The notes under the pieces: generated by a model
Databases searched by the model: none
What the model saw: only the letters and a program-made list of their open reading frames with translations
Told to the model about the DNA's origin: nothing
Part shown: piece after piece, positions 1-12,690 of the stretch
Numbering within the stretch: position 1 is the stretch's first letter
Layout: each line of letters starts with the position of its first letter
NCBI RefSeq assembly: GCF_028641065.1
Contig: NC_073380.1
Coordinates: 23,312,001-23,376,000, forward strand
Reading direction: 5' to 3'
DNA: 64,000 nt
Source of the DNA: Leucoraja erinacea
Taxonomy: Eukaryota
Position numbers and translations under genes: made by a program

Positions 1-1100
1 AATTTTATCTTTTTGAGATTAAAGGAGGTAAACAATTATACACATTGGATGAAAGTGGTTTTGGTAGCATGGACAGAAATGGACTGGACTGGAATGGAAT
101 TAATTCTGTCCATTCAGGGAATGGACAGACAACGTTTTGGGATCCTGATCCAAAACATCGTCTGTCCATTCTCCTCCACAGATGCTTCTGACGTATTGAT
201 TTGCTCCAGCACTTTGTTTATAGCACAGTACTGCAGCGTCGGCAGTGCCTTGTGCCTCTGAGATAAATAATTACACTGTTTTGGAGGAATATTAACAAAA
301 GCATCACAAAAGCTTGAGTGTCTGTAACATTGAAACAAAAAACAAAGAACACTGGAAATAATTAGAATTCCAGTAACATCACTGGAGAGAATAGAAGAGT
401 TAACATTTGAGAGATAAATCTTTGGCAATTTGTGGGAGATATTACAGATGAACTGTTTTAAAAACAAGTAAATACTTCAAGAGAATTCAAAGTGACTTCA
501 ATTATTTCAAGTGAATGGAATGGACTTTAAGAAGCTGAATAGCACAGCCATAGGCTGCATTAGCATACGTATGTGGCCAAGGGCAGATTTCCCCATCTAA
601 TGGCTTTAATGAAAATCTGGAGAGCCACATAATATAGTTGAATCGATATTGCTCACGACAATTTCAGCCAAAGTCTAAACCACTGCCAATCCCTTTTTTA
701 ACTTCAGTTTAGCCAGAATAAAATATTTGTAAAGTAAAAGTGGGTGGCAAGAATGATTATGTTCATAGTAATGATATCTGGAGCTCTTGTTTATGGAATA
801 AATCTTTTTTTTTGTTTCTTCCCTAAGATGCTCACTTCCATCCAAGAATTTTTTCATCTGAAAGCACAAGAAAATCATTGTAAATGTTAATTCTGGCCAA
901 ATTGGAGATGCCGGGACATTCAAAACGAGTAAAGGCTTCTGGGCTGCTAGGCCATTTGGTAAATCTAAATTGGCCTTCTGCAGAAATTAGACAAGCTGCA
1001 GAATGGTGCCAGCGTGTCTAGAGCCTAGATAAGAGTTGCAGGGAAAGAATCTGCAGATTCTTGCAATTAGGCGTAAATTGTAGGAAATGGATTGGGTGAA

Positions 1101-1573
1101 TGCAAACCAGACATGCACATTGTAAATATTGTACAAAGCTTTACTTTGCTAGATGTTGATTGGGTTAAGTGATGAGCCTTGTCTGGGTTTCTTGAATATT
1201 TGGGCAAATGTAGCTGTTTGCTTCCTTCCAGAAGTTTCTTTCAAATACAATGTATTTAAGATTATATTATTGTGTCAGGGAAATGTCAATTATGTACAGT
1301 TAGAATTAATATGTGTGATTGGTTTGTAGGGGTTGCCACCCCCAAGTAATGTCACACCCTTAGTTTGGAGGGGTATAAGGGTGTGTGTAATTCTTTGGGT
1401 GTGTCAGTTGAATGTGACTTCTGTTCTGTTGCACAAGATATTGTTGTCTTGCGTGGATGGATGAGCAACCATCTCTGCAGTTTGTTCTTCAATAAAGTAA
1501 GGTTTGGGAACGAGAATTTGACAGTGTTTGACTAAACCAGACTAATGGGGTAAGTCTAGAACCAAAATTTACA
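1101..1573 (+). mobile_element. Possible LTR-like element
   Basis: Inverted termini TGTAAAT...ATTTACA, TATA-like GGGTATAAGG (~1371), AATAAA (~1491), followed by TAAACTGG (PBS-like). No target-site duplication seen. Confidence 0.35.
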
Positions 1574-2094
1574 TAAACTGGTCTGATAAACGAGGCAAAA
1601 CCTTTCAAATTTGCCAACGGTACACATGCTTAGTGAAGTGCAGATGGAAATGCAGCGATACTGTATCAGATACTTCACATTTACTTTTTGCAGATTATCC
1701 CTGAAATAAAATATTCCAGAGTATGATTACATGCACATGATAAAGTGAATGGATTTGGTTTACATAGAACATGAAATGCCACGAAGGGTCATTAAAATGA
1801 GATGACACCACTATTTTATTTCCCGGTGACATGACACATCTCAGCACACAGCTGTCATTTCTATCTCTGATGTGAGAGCAGGTCTGCCAAAGAAATGTTA
1901 CACCCTGGATAATTGCTGTGCTGCGGTCTTTATCACATCACCAGAATCAAATGCTACTGTCATATCATTTTGTAAAAATTTATTTTTGCCGAATCCAGAT
2001 GTCAGAAGAAGCGAAAGTACCCGATGTAATGCATCAGTCATTTGTACAAACTGTACCTCCAACCACTTCCTAACTTTGAACTGACAATATTAAA

Positions 2095-2400
2095 AACATA
2101 GGGACACAGGAGATGCTGGAACGTTTAACACAATAAAAAAATATACAAGAGCCGGAAGAAATGAATGGGTCAGGCAGCATCTATGGATGGAAATGGAAAA
2201 ATTATCTTTCGTGTCAGGACTCTTCTTCAGACTAATTGAAGAGGGGAGAAAGCAGGTGAAGAAAAATGGGAACAGGGCAAAAAGGGTGGGGTTTTTTTCA
2301 CACAAAGGGTGGCAGGGGTGAATGGAAGGGGAAGAGGAAAGGAACAGTGACAGGGTCGTGGGAGAAATGGTGCACACTTTGACAGCCAGCTAAGCCATGC
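2095..2400 (-). mobile_element. Degenerate Penelope-like pLTR/3' end
   Basis: Reverse complement resembles the pLTR repeated through the window (CTGAAGAAGAG...GAAA core, CAGCATCT motifs). Confidence 0.6.
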
Positions 2401-2494
2401 CCTGAGATTTTTGTCTGTCCAGCTTTCAAAACATTACTATTTCTATGGTGTTTAGCAACATTAATAACCAATTAAGTACTTTAAAATTAGATTA

Positions 2495-2765
2495 GTCATA
2501 GAATCATACACCATAGAAACAGGCCTTTTGGCACAAAACATCCATGCCGTCCTATTTTCCCATGTTTGACACAAATATCTCTAAAATCCTCCTATTCATG
2601 TGCATTTCCTGTTTCTTTTAAATACTGTTATAATACCTGCCTCAACTACCTCCCTGGAAGTTTGTTCCATATACCCACCACCTTCTGAGTGAAAAACAGA
2701 AACCTTTGGTTCCTATTAAATCGTTCTCATCTTACCAAAAACCTATGTCATCTAAATCTTGATCC
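2495..2765 (-). mobile_element. CR1 LINE 3' fragment
   Basis: GTCATAGAATCATAC tail and GAAACAGGCC 3'-end motif, matching other CR1 ends in the window. Confidence 0.75.
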
Positions 2766-2806
2766 AAAATTAGAGATACTAAGGTCAACCGCACAATTAA
2801 AAGATA

Positions 2807-3030
2807 CTAGACCAAGTGGGACCCGTTGGGTCCCGTCCACTCAATTTGCGGTTGCGGGGGAGGGGGGGGAGTGGCCTGCTGCGTCACGCACACCCACACA
2901 AATCACCCTCCCCTCCACACACACACACTACCCATCCCCTTGATGTGATATTAATATTATTCATTCGCTCCTTTTACCCCATCCCCCACCCTACCCACTC
3001 ACTCATAGCCACCAACTCGCAGGTACAGCT
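2807..3030 (-). mobile_element. Helitron-type 3' terminus (non-autonomous); 5' end not located
   Basis: Minus strand reads GGGACCC-AAC-GGGTCCC hairpin (2818-2834), then ACTTGGT-CTAG followed by host T, the canonical Helitron 3' end. A near-identical terminus occurs at 30976. Confidence 0.7.
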
Positions 3031-3455
3031 AGAGAGGGAGGGGGTAGAGAGAGAGAGGGCAGTGGCACAGAGGGGGCAGAGGCACAGAGAGGGCAGAGGC
3101 AGAGAGAGGGCATAGGCAGAGAGAGGGCATAGGCAGAGAGAGGGCAGAGGCAGATAAAAGTCTATTGGAATATGTAAAATAGAGGGGGGAGGGGTTGAGA
3201 GAGTACAGTGTAGAGAGGAGGGGGGTGAGAGAATGGGGGAAGAGGGGGAGATAGGTGGGAGAGAGGAGGGGGGAGGAGGAGGAGGAGGAGGAGGGGGGGG
3301 GGGTAAGAGGGGGGAAGCAGGGGGGAAGAGGGGTAGGGGGGAAGAGGGGGGAGGAGGGGGGGGAATCTCTGGGGGAAATAGGGGGAGGAGGGGGGAGGGG
3401 GCAATGGGGGGATGGAGGAATGGGGTTAGGGGGTGGAAGAGAGGGGAAGAGAAGG
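3030..3455 (+). repeat. Purine-rich / G-rich low-complexity tract
   Basis: GGCAGAGAGAGGGCATA-type repeats, (GGA)n and many G-runs. Confidence 0.9.
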
Positions 3456-4070
3456 AGGTCCTACTGCAGTTGGACAGGGCCTTGGTGAGATCGCACCTGG
3501 AGTATTGTGTGCAATTTTGGTCTCCTAATTTTGAGGAAGGACATTATTGCTATTCAGAGAGTGCAGCATTGGTTCATCAAGTGAATTCCTGGGATGGCCA
3601 GACTGATATATGATGAAAGAATAGGTCGACTAGGCATGTATTCATGGGAATTTAGAAAGAAGAGTGGGATCTTATTGAAACACATAAAATTCTTAAAGGA
3701 TAGGACAGGCTAGATGCAGAAAAAATGTTCCTGATTTTGGGGGAGTCCAGAACCAGGGGTCACACTTTAAGAATAAGGGGTAGGCCATTTAGGACTGAGA
3801 TAAGGAAAAACTTCTTCACCCAGAGAATTGTGAATCTGTGGAATTCTCTGCCAATGAAGGCAGTGGAGGCCAATTCACTGGATGTGTTCAAGAGTGAGTT
3901 AGATTTAGCTCTTAGGGTTAAGGGAATCAAAGGATATGGGGAAAAAGCAGGAACGTGGTACTGATTTTAGATGATCAGCCATGATAATATTGAATGGTGA
4001 TGCTGGCTCAAAGGACTGAATGGCCTACCCCTACACTATTTGTCTATATTGTCCATGTTTCTATGTTTCT
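3455..4070 (+). mobile_element. CR1 LINE 3' portion (RT C-terminus plus 3' UTR)
   Basis: Encodes LVRSHLEYCVQFWSP and TRGHTLRIRGRPFRTEIRKNFFTQRIVNLWNSLP; ends in a (CTATGTTT)n-type tail. Confidence 0.9.
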
Positions 4071-4071
4071 A

Positions 4072-4315
4072 ATCAGAAGGTGGCGAATCTGTGGAATTAT
4101 TTGCCACAGAAAGCTGTGGAGGCCAAGTCAATTGATATTATTAAGGTGGAAATAGATAAATTCTTAATTAGTACGGGTGTCGGAGGTTATGGGAGAAGGC
4201 AGGAGAATGGCATTAGGAGGGAGAGATTGATCAGCCAAGATTGAATGGCGGAGAAGACTTGATGGGCCGAATGGCCTAATTCTGCTCCTATCACTTACCT
4301 TATGACCTTATGATC
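4072..4315 (+). mobile_element. Second CR1 3' fragment
   Basis: QKVANLWNYLPQKAVEA, followed by the GGGCCGAATGGCCT 3' motif. Confidence 0.85.
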
Positions 4316-4869
4316 CTTGTACTGTGGTTTTAAATATTTCACAAGATCAGAAACTTTTAAAATAAATAATTCCGAATGGGTAAACTTCAGAACATTTGCA
4401 TCAAAATGCATTAACACTGAGTTGGCATATTTTTAAATTGGCAAAACATCCTAAATTTAGCAACAAAAACAATCCAATTGCATTTTTGTCATGGTCAAAT
4501 GACTAAATTCACTTCGGATCACAGAATGCTAACTATTTTCAAACAATTTTTGTGATCGAGATAATAACCTGGAGCTCACTAACTTTATCAAGTTTTCCTT
4601 TCATATGATTACAATGGAAGACCTCTGAAATTTGAATGATAGCAACAAAATTTCAAGAGTATGTTTATTAATTGTCATCAGGTATCATGGGAATTTGTGT
4701 TCAATTACCAGCAGTCCTCTCAGCAAAATAAATCCATGAAAATTTTGACCAGTGGTATGAAAATTCAGATTTGGGTTCTGGACCTCACATATTGTTGGAG
4801 CAAAAATGGGGCAAAGTTTCTTCTTCCAGTCTTAATCCAATTTCTGGTTAGTTTCATATAGTGATTTCA

Positions 4870-5230
4870 GCTTGGAAACAGAGCTCTTTGGTCCAACTCA
4901 TCCATGCTGCCTAACATGTCCATCTGAGCTAGTCCCATATTTCTGCATTTGCCCATTTCCCTCGAAACTATTTATGTCCGCCTACCTGGCCAAATCTCTT
5001 ATAATTGTACGTGCCTCTACAGCTGTGAAAACATTCCTTCAAAATAGTTCTCCTCACACCTTAAATCTATGCCCTCTGGTTTTCAGACTCACCCCCCTAG
5101 CAAAAAAATCATCCATTCATCTAATCTACACCCTTCATGATTTTATGTAGTTCTATAAATCCCTTCTCAATCTCCCACACTCCAGGTAAATGATTCCCAA
5201 CCTATCCAGTCTCTCTTCATAATTGAAGCT
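4870..5230 (-). mobile_element. CR1 3' fragment, host of the Rex1 insertion (resumes ~7571-7586)
   Basis: CR1 3' motifs on the minus strand; the sequence AGCT|CCCCAGTCCTGG is split by the Rex1 element. Confidence 0.7.
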
Positions 5231-7572
5231 CAATTCAATTCAATTCAATTTCAATTCAACTTTAATGTCATTGTACAAATACGAGTATGGGTACAACGAA
5301 ATGCAGTTTAGCGTCAGTCCGTAGTATAGTGCAATATAGAAATAAAAATAAAAATACAGAATAATCAAACAATAATCGAACAATGTGGACGGAGAGACTG
5401 GAGAAGTCTATTGGCGGGACTCCGAGTTCAGCAATGTGATGGTATTATTGTAGAAGCTGTTCCTCATCCTACTGGTACGAGACCTGAGGCTCCTGTACTG
5501 CCTCCCTGATGGGAGGAGGGCAAACAGTCCATGGTTGGGGTGGGAGGGGTCTTTAATGATCTTCCCGGCCCGTCTCAGACACCGTTTTCGGTGGAGGGCA
5601 TCCATGGCAGGGAGCGGGGCACCGATGATGTACTGCGCGGTTTTCACCACCCGTGCATTGTAGTGCATTCCTGTCCGCTACGGTGCAACTGCTGTACCAT
5701 ACCATGAAGCAGGTGGTCAGGATGCTTTCGATGGTACAGCAGTAAAAGTTGGTCAGGTTCTGGGGGGACAGGTGAGCTTTCTTGAGCCTCCTCAGGAAGT
5801 AAAGGCGCTGCTGCGCCTTTTTGATCAGCTTGGAGGTGTTGAGGGAGCAGGACAGATCCTCCGAGATGTGTACCCCAAGGAATTTGTAGTTGGAGACGCG
5901 CTCCACCTCAGTCCCGTTTATATGGATGGGGGTATGTCTGCCCCCTCTGATCTTCCTGAAGTCAAGAATAATTTCCTTCATCTTCTTGGAGTTGAGGACA
6001 AGGTTATTGTTGGCACACCAGGTTGTCAGGTGCTGGACCTCCTCCCTGTAGGCTGACTCGTCGTTGTCACTGATCAGTCCTACCACAGTGGTGTCGTCGG
6101 CAAACTTAATGATGGCGTTGGAGCCATTCTTAGGGATGCAGTCATGGGTGAAGAGGGAGTAGAGGAGAGGGCTGAGCACACAGCCCTGAGGCACGCCGGT
6201 GTTCAGTGTTATAGTGGAGGAGGTGAGGTTGTTGACCCTAACAGACTGCGGTCTGTTGGTGAGGAAATCCAGTGTCCAGTTGCAGAGGGAGGTGGAGATG
6301 CCAAGTCCGCTGAGTTTGGTGATCAAGCTGGCGGGGATGACAGTGTTAAAGGCGGAGCTGAAATCAATGAACAGCATCCTGATGTAGGTGTTATTGATGT
6401 CCAGGTGGGTCAGGGCAGAGTGTAGGGCCGCCGATATGGCGTCCTCTGTAGACCTGTTGGTCCGGTAGGCAAACTGATGGGGGTCCAGTGTGGGGGGGGG
6501 GGAGGCTTGCTTTGAGGTGAGCCAAGATCAGCCGCTCAAAGAACTTAGCAATGACAGGGGTGAGTGCCACTGGGCGGAAATCGTTGAGACTCCCTGTGGC
6601 TGATTGTTTGGGTACTGGCACGATGGTTGATGTCTTGAGGCAAGTGGGGACAACATCCTGGGCTAGTGACAGATTGAAAATGTCAGTGAGGACTAGGGAT
6701 AGTTGTCCAGCACATGTCCTAAGCATCCAGCCAGGGATGCCATCGGGGCCGGCAGCTTTGTGCTCATTCACCTTGCTCAGTGCATCTTGTACAGCAGAGG
6801 TGGAGAGACTGAGGGGTTGTTCATTTGGGGGTGGAGCAACTTTGGTGGCTGGAGTTTTGTTGTCATGCTCAAAGCGAGCATAGAAATCGTCTGGAAGGGA
6901 GGGTTTGTGGGGGGGGGTGTTAACTTTCTGGTAATCAGCAATGGATTTGATTCCTTGCCACATGCGTCTGGGGTCGGAGTTGTTTTGGAAATGCTCCTCA
7001 ATCCACCGTTTGTGATTGAGTTTGGCATTCCTAATTCCCATTTTCAGATTGGCCCTGGATGAGCTGTATCCCTCAGCATTGCCAGATCTGAAAGCAGCAT
7101 TGCGAGCCTTCAGCAGGAGTCTGACCTCCCTGCTCATCCACGGCTTCTGGTTAGGGAAGGTCTTTATCTCTTTGTGGGTAGTGACGTTGTCAGTGCAGAA
7201 TTTTATATAGTCCAAGACTGTTGAGGTGTATGAGTTGATGTCCACTTGGGAGTTAAAGGTGGACTGGGTAACAAACAGACTCCAGTCTGTTTGCTGAAAC
7301 TGCTCCTGTAAAACAGAGACAGCTCCCTCAGGCCAAACCTTCACTGTCCTCACGGTAGGTTTCACACGTCTGATCAGAGGTGTGTATTTGGGGAGCAGGA
7401 ACAAAGAGAGGTGATCAGACTGACCAAGGTGGGGGAGGGGGAGGGCTTTGTAGGCTTCAGTAATGTTAGTGTATACTAAGTCCAGAATATTGTTTCCTCT
7501 GGTTGGGCAGGAAACATGCTGATGGAACCTGGGGAGTACAGTTTTAAGGTTGGAGTGGTTGAAATCACCAGC
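5231..7572 (-). mobile_element. Rex1/Babar-clade LINE, 5'-truncated, young
   Basis: APE C-terminus HLGQSDH, AAGPDGIPG, DFRPVALT, RT motifs [29 protein letters not shown]-terminal [14 protein letters not shown]; (TTGAA)n tail at 5231-5260. Confidence 0.92.
5408..7572 (-). pseudogene. Rex1 endonuclease-reverse transcriptase ORF, frameshifted (ORF pieces 6391-7599, 5553-6377, 5408-5668)
   Basis: Three consecutive ORF-track pieces form one APE-RT protein; one frameshift lies at the G-run near 6491-6502. Confidence 0.88.
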
Positions 7573-8859
7573 TCCCCAGTCCTGGTTCAAATTTACCAAA
7601 CAATTTCCTTGCTTCGAGAGAGTTTTATGATTTCAGCATTACAAAATCAAAACAAGCTTTGGGCACTCTCAACAATATTCCACTGTTGAGATTAAGATCA
7701 TAAGTGGAATATTGGAATATTAAGTCAATTGATTATTTCATCCAGCTATCCATTCAGTTTTCACCTAGCAAGTAGAGTTGCAAAGGTACTATAATTTGAT
7801 GATAGAACTATCATGTTGAAGAAATGTATTGTTTTTTTCCTTAGGAAATGACACGTTGTACTGGTGGCCTGGACAGGGGAATAATTAAATTGTCTTAATC
7901 TGGAAAGAACATGAAGATGAGAAAGCGCAAAACCTTTCTTTTGCAGCAATGTTTTCCTTCCGCATTAAATGCATCATAAACTGTCAGTATAAATATATAA
8001 CCTGACTCAATTTAAAAGAGATTCTCCTTATACTTTAATTCTTTTGAACAGTTTTCAATTGTCACATTTTTTTTACAAAGGAGATGCAAATAAGAAGCAA
8101 CAGAATTCAGATATGTTAAAAATGCCGATAGCAAGATAATGCGTAAGACAGTTAAATCTGTTTTAAGTGTCAGAGAAATGTTCAGTAGATGGAGCTACAC
8201 ACCAAGGTAAAGTTTATAGAATGTAATTTTCACCACAAAGACAAATCATCAACCTGGTCATAATGACCAGTGTTCACAGTTCAGTAAGAGTTAATCTTTT
8301 ATTTGAGTATTAAATCTAAAAGGAAAGTATGTACCAGAGTTAGCATGAACAGTTTTGAAATGTCAGGACCAAACACACTATTAATATTATTCCTGCTAAT
8401 ATTATTAAATTTTATGTAAATCAAAAGGAATGGTTCAATAGTTCAACGGTTCTTCATTGTCACATATGCACAGCACAATGGAATCCATTTGCACAGCCAT
8501 AAAATGCACAGTTGCCACAATTTTAGAACCGTTTAAAAAAAAGGGAAAAAAACAGCAAAAAACAGCAAACAGTCCAAAGTGCAAAGTCCAGTCCATGTGT
8601 TGGCAGTCTTGCAGCACCCCCGATCCAGGTAAGCCTAGCTAAGCCCGACCCAACATGCCTCTCCTCTGCCGACTGTTTGTGTTCCACCTCTGTGTTACTA
8701 AAATATTAAATATTTTTGAAATTCAACTGCAATTGGCTGTTGTTTGACCCAGTGGAGTTTAAAGCAAATTGTTTGACTTGTCACACTTGCAAACTTGCAA
8801 TGATTGAAAGCAGTACAATTGCAGGACACCCAGAGTGAAATTCCAGAGTCTGATAGTTA

Positions 8860-10080
8860 CAGGTATAGAATGGTCTAACACAGAAATGAATCCTTCAGCC
8901 CACCACGACAGTGCAGATCATTTTATTACCCACATTAATCTAATTTGTTCATAATAAATCAGTATCCTTCTATGCCGTCTATTAAAAAGTATGTCTAAAT
9001 GCCTCTTAAACATGGTGATTGTACTTCACCTCTTCACTTCACTTCAAGAAAAACAACCACAGCTTTTCCCAATTCTCAGAATTAAAGTCTTCCAATTCAT
9101 GAAATATCCTTGTTAATTTCCTCTGCACCTGTTCCAGTGCAGCCATGACTTTCTTATAGTCTAGCGAACAAAAGAGCAGAACATTTATATTCTAACTTCC
9201 GGGCCTCTGAAGGCAATAGTATCTTCTTCAACATCCTATCTACCGGTGTGACCACTTTCTGGAAACTATGGCTTGAACTGTAATGTCCCACTGTTCATCA
9301 CCATTTCTTAGTACCCTAGCATTTATTGCAAAATGTCCTGCTGCTATCTGACATGACAAAAGGCATCATCCCACATTAGATAGACATAAAAAGCTGGAGT
9401 TTCTCAGCGGGTCAGACAGCATCTCTGGAGATCTTTTGGGTCGAGAGCCTTCTTCATCTCACATTGTTTGGTTTAAATTTAATCTGCCAATGCTCTGCTC
9501 AACTTTCTATCTTATCAACATCCTGTTGCAGCCTTAGGCATCCTTCCTCATTATCCACAATGCCTCTAAATTCCATATCATCCACAAATTTAATTATCGT
9601 ACATCCTATATTCACACCCAAGACATTAATATAGATCACAAACATAAACGCTTGGGTAGCTTACACCCCAGCAGTATGACCATTGACTTCCCTAACTTCA
9701 AGTAGCCCCTGCTTTCCCTCTTTCTCCATCCCCTCCCCCTTTCCAGTTCTCCGACCAGCCTTACTGTCTCTGACTAAGTTTTATCTCTGTACTGCCCACT
9801 TCCCTGCCATCAGTCTGAAGAAGGGTCTCAACCCGAAATGTCACCTATTCTTTCTCTTCAGAGATGTGGCCTGTCCCGTTGAGTTACTCCAGCATTTTGT
9901 CTCTCCCAAAGATTCCAGACCTGATTCCTATGATACACATCTGACATAGGCTTCCAATCAGAAAAGCATCCTTCCACCATTATCTTCAGTCTCTCATCAA
10001 GTTAATTGTGTATCCAATTAGCTAGCTTGTCTTGGATCCCATGTGCCTTAACACTAAGTCTACCTAAATACTCGGTGGCC
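8860..10080 (-). mobile_element. Old degenerate CR1 with nested Penelope pieces
   Basis: CR1 RT-like nucleotide motifs on the minus strand (ATCATCCACAAAT, CTTGGATCCCATG), interrupted at ~9380-9458 and ~9648-9905. Confidence 0.65.
9648..9905 (+). mobile_element. Penelope-like 3' end with pLTR
   Basis: GIY-YIG C-terminal coding remnant (RLGSLHPSSMTIDF), then the pLTR with CTGAAGAAGGGTCTCAACCCGAAATGTC at 9815-9842. Confidence 0.85.
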
Positions 10081-10639
10081 AATGTTACAGTATAACCTAA
10101 CAAAGTGAGTGCACTTCTGTTCCTAAATTCATCCCAGATGGCTTAATTACATGATTGCTCTGGGATAGCTTTTCTAAATGCTGTTGTGATATTCTCCCTA
10201 CTCAGTAGTGCAATTGCCCCATATCTTTGGCAAATCCCCCTCCCCCCATAATATCTAAAATTCCGAATCCCCGGAACATTAAGATGTCAATCCCGCACAT
10301 CCTTTGACCATATTTCTAGCAATTACAATCATATCATAATTCATTGTACAGATCCATGCTCTAAATTCATCTGACTTATCTGTGAATCTCTTTGCATTGA
10401 AGTAAATGCAGATGAATCTGCCAGCCCTCCCATGTTCTCTAACTTGCTCTACAGGTTGGACTGCCTCACCCGCTGCCTCGCCCGCTGAGTTTCTCCAGCT
10501 TTTTTGTCTACCTACAGATTGGACTTGCTTGATTTATCCTCTACATTTGAGTCAAGTTACGTTGTTAATCTAGTCTCCACTGTTTCATTTAAACCTGGAC
10601 ACAAACACTCAATCACATCTAGAAGGAAAGCAAAAGGAA

Positions 10640-11000
10640 AGAAAGGCATATTTGCAATATAAATGCATGTCACCTTTCACAATTGAAGTATATGCCAAAG
10701 TCCTTTACAACCAATTAGGTATTTTGAATGAACAGTGTATACTTCTAATATTGGAAAAATGGCAACCAATTTGTGCAAGGTAAAATTAATTACCAGCAAT
10801 GAGATAAAGATTAAATAATTTGCTTTGCCAATCTTGATTCAGGGATAATTATCATCAAAGGTAATTGATAGAACTTTACTGTTATATCTTGTATTGGTTC
10901 TGTAATTTTTTTTAAATCCACTGAGATTTAGTTGAACACTTCATCTGGAAACCAGCACCTCTCTCTGATGATATAGCGATCCCTGAAAGCTTCAGGCTAT
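10640..11000 (-). mobile_element. Ancient Deu-domain SINE (SacSINE1/AmnSINE1-like)
   Basis: Degenerate match, from memory, to the Deu-domain antisense (TCATCTGGAAACCAGCACCTC...GCGATCCCTGA) and to the SINE 3' tail. Confidence 0.55.
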
Positions 11001-11244
11001 GTCATGTGTTAAAATACCTTGCATCATGTGTGAAGCCGCCTCCGTCTGAATGTAATGCAATACTCATTCACCCACACCATAGTCAGTGTCATGGATGAAA
11101 GGATTCCAAGAAATGTATCTTATTGAAAAGTGTAGGCCTCAGTCCTCAAAACAGTTTATTACATCTAATTGTATTTACATTCTAATTGGTAATTTGATGA
11201 ATCATTTGCAACATTGCCTCACTTCTGCGTTTTGGTTGATAATT

Positions 11245-11500
11245 TACACTGACATTCTAGTGAAATACTGAGGGACTGCTGTACTGCTGAAGATATATTT
11301 CCCTAATAATATATTAAAACATCTGTCAGCTTTGATTTGTCACATTACCATTAATAATTTTATGGTTTTGTGAAAAATAGAGCAAAAAGTTATACTTATG
11401 ACCTGACAGGCATACTGTACGCCACTTTTATGAAAAGGAATTCCATTTAAACCAGACAAATCCATTGTTCCTTTCATTGCCATTTGCAAGATCATAAGAA
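11245..11500 (+). mobile_element. Ancient Deu-domain SINE fragment
   Basis: CTGACATTCTAGTGAAATACTGAGGGACTGCTGTACTG resembles the Deu-domain core CAGTACTGAGGGAGTGCTGCACTG. Confidence 0.55.
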
Positions 11501-12162
11501 TTAAATTGGATCACCTCGAAAAACAGGTGTGGGGATGGCTGTGTGAAATTAACCCAAGCCATGCTGGCAGTAAACCAATTTCATGCCGCATACTCATTGA
11601 AATTAGTTCTGCATCCAGCTAGTGATACTGTTCAGTGGCTTCAGCCAGGAATCAATATCATGAGTGTATAACTTAAATTAAAGCAAATCTGCACCCATCA
11701 CCACTTTTAAAGAGGAGATTGGAGCGGGGGCAAGCAGGTATTTTTGAGTGAATTTAACTTGAGAAATGGTGAAGAATAGCACAACCTGGAAAGAAAACCA
11801 AGGTACTTGGACACTGTGCTGAATGTCTGAATTGACAAAGTGGAAAGAATCCAGTGGCTACATATTGTTGTCATATCAGAGGGCAAGGAAACAGTCAAGC
11901 TCTCCTGCAAAGGGCACTAATAAGGAACAGAGGTGCTTAGATGAAGTTATAGGTAAAGAAACATGGTGCATTGTGGGTGGATCATAAGAAGCTTCCTGTG
12001 CTAGGAAAGAAAGGCAAAAGTGAAAAGATATTTGAAATTGCACCAGCTCCTTGCAAAGCATATATTTGCACATTCCCATATCCATGCCTATACACGTCAC
12101 CTTGGAAGTATGGAATGCACTGGAGATCAGCTAGTATCACATCTGACTTCCTACCTTAATAT

Positions 12163-12349
12163 TTAAGAAAGAACTGCAGATGCTGGAAAAATCGAAGGAG
12201 GCCAAAAATGCTGGAGAAACACAGCGGGTGAGGTAGCATCTATCGAGCGAAGGAATAGGTGATGTTTCGGGTCCAGACCATTCTTCAGTCTAGTCCTTCA
12301 TTCCATAGATGATGCCTCACCCGCTGAGCTTCTCCAGCATCTTTGTCTA
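12163..12349 (-). mobile_element. Short palindromic Penelope-pLTR insertion with 13-bp TSD
   Basis: TSD CCTACCTTAATAT at 12150-12162 and 12350-12362; inverted pLTR arms; hammerhead-like core on the minus strand at ~12258-12291. Confidence 0.85.
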
Positions 12350-12424
12350 CCTACCTTAATATCACGATTTAGCCCAGCACAATTAACTGATGTACTGAAC
12401 TGATAAGCTTATACTCTTTGACTT

Positions 12425-12690
12425 TGTGTTTAAGTTTAAGTTTAGTTTATTGTCACATGTACCGAGATACAGTGAAAAGCTTTTGTTGGAAGCTAACCAT
12501 TCAGCAGAAAGATAATACATGATTACAATCGAGCCATCCACAGTGTACAAATACATGATAAAGGGAATAACGTGAATAACATTTAGTGCAAGATAAATCC
12601 AGTAAAGTCTGATCAAAGATAGTCCGAGGGTCTCCAATGAGGTAGGTAGTAGCTCAGGACTGTTGTCTAGTTGTTGGTAGGTTGAGTCAA
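12425..12690 (-). mobile_element. Rex1-type LINE 3' tail
   Basis: (TTTAAG)n tail, then TTTATTGTCACATGTACCGAG...CAGTGAAAAGC; a related tail occurs at ~16950-17200. Confidence 0.6.

Noticed and set aside
3162-3613. Gly/Glu/Arg-rich and Pro-rich ORFs
   Set aside because: Translations of a G-rich low-complexity tract running into a CR1 fragment; no evidence of a gene.
4508-4524. TTCACTTCGGATCACAG, similar to the DIRS left terminus predicted from the ICR
   Set aside because: Too short, about 39 kb from the element and without DIRS sequence following; probably chance.
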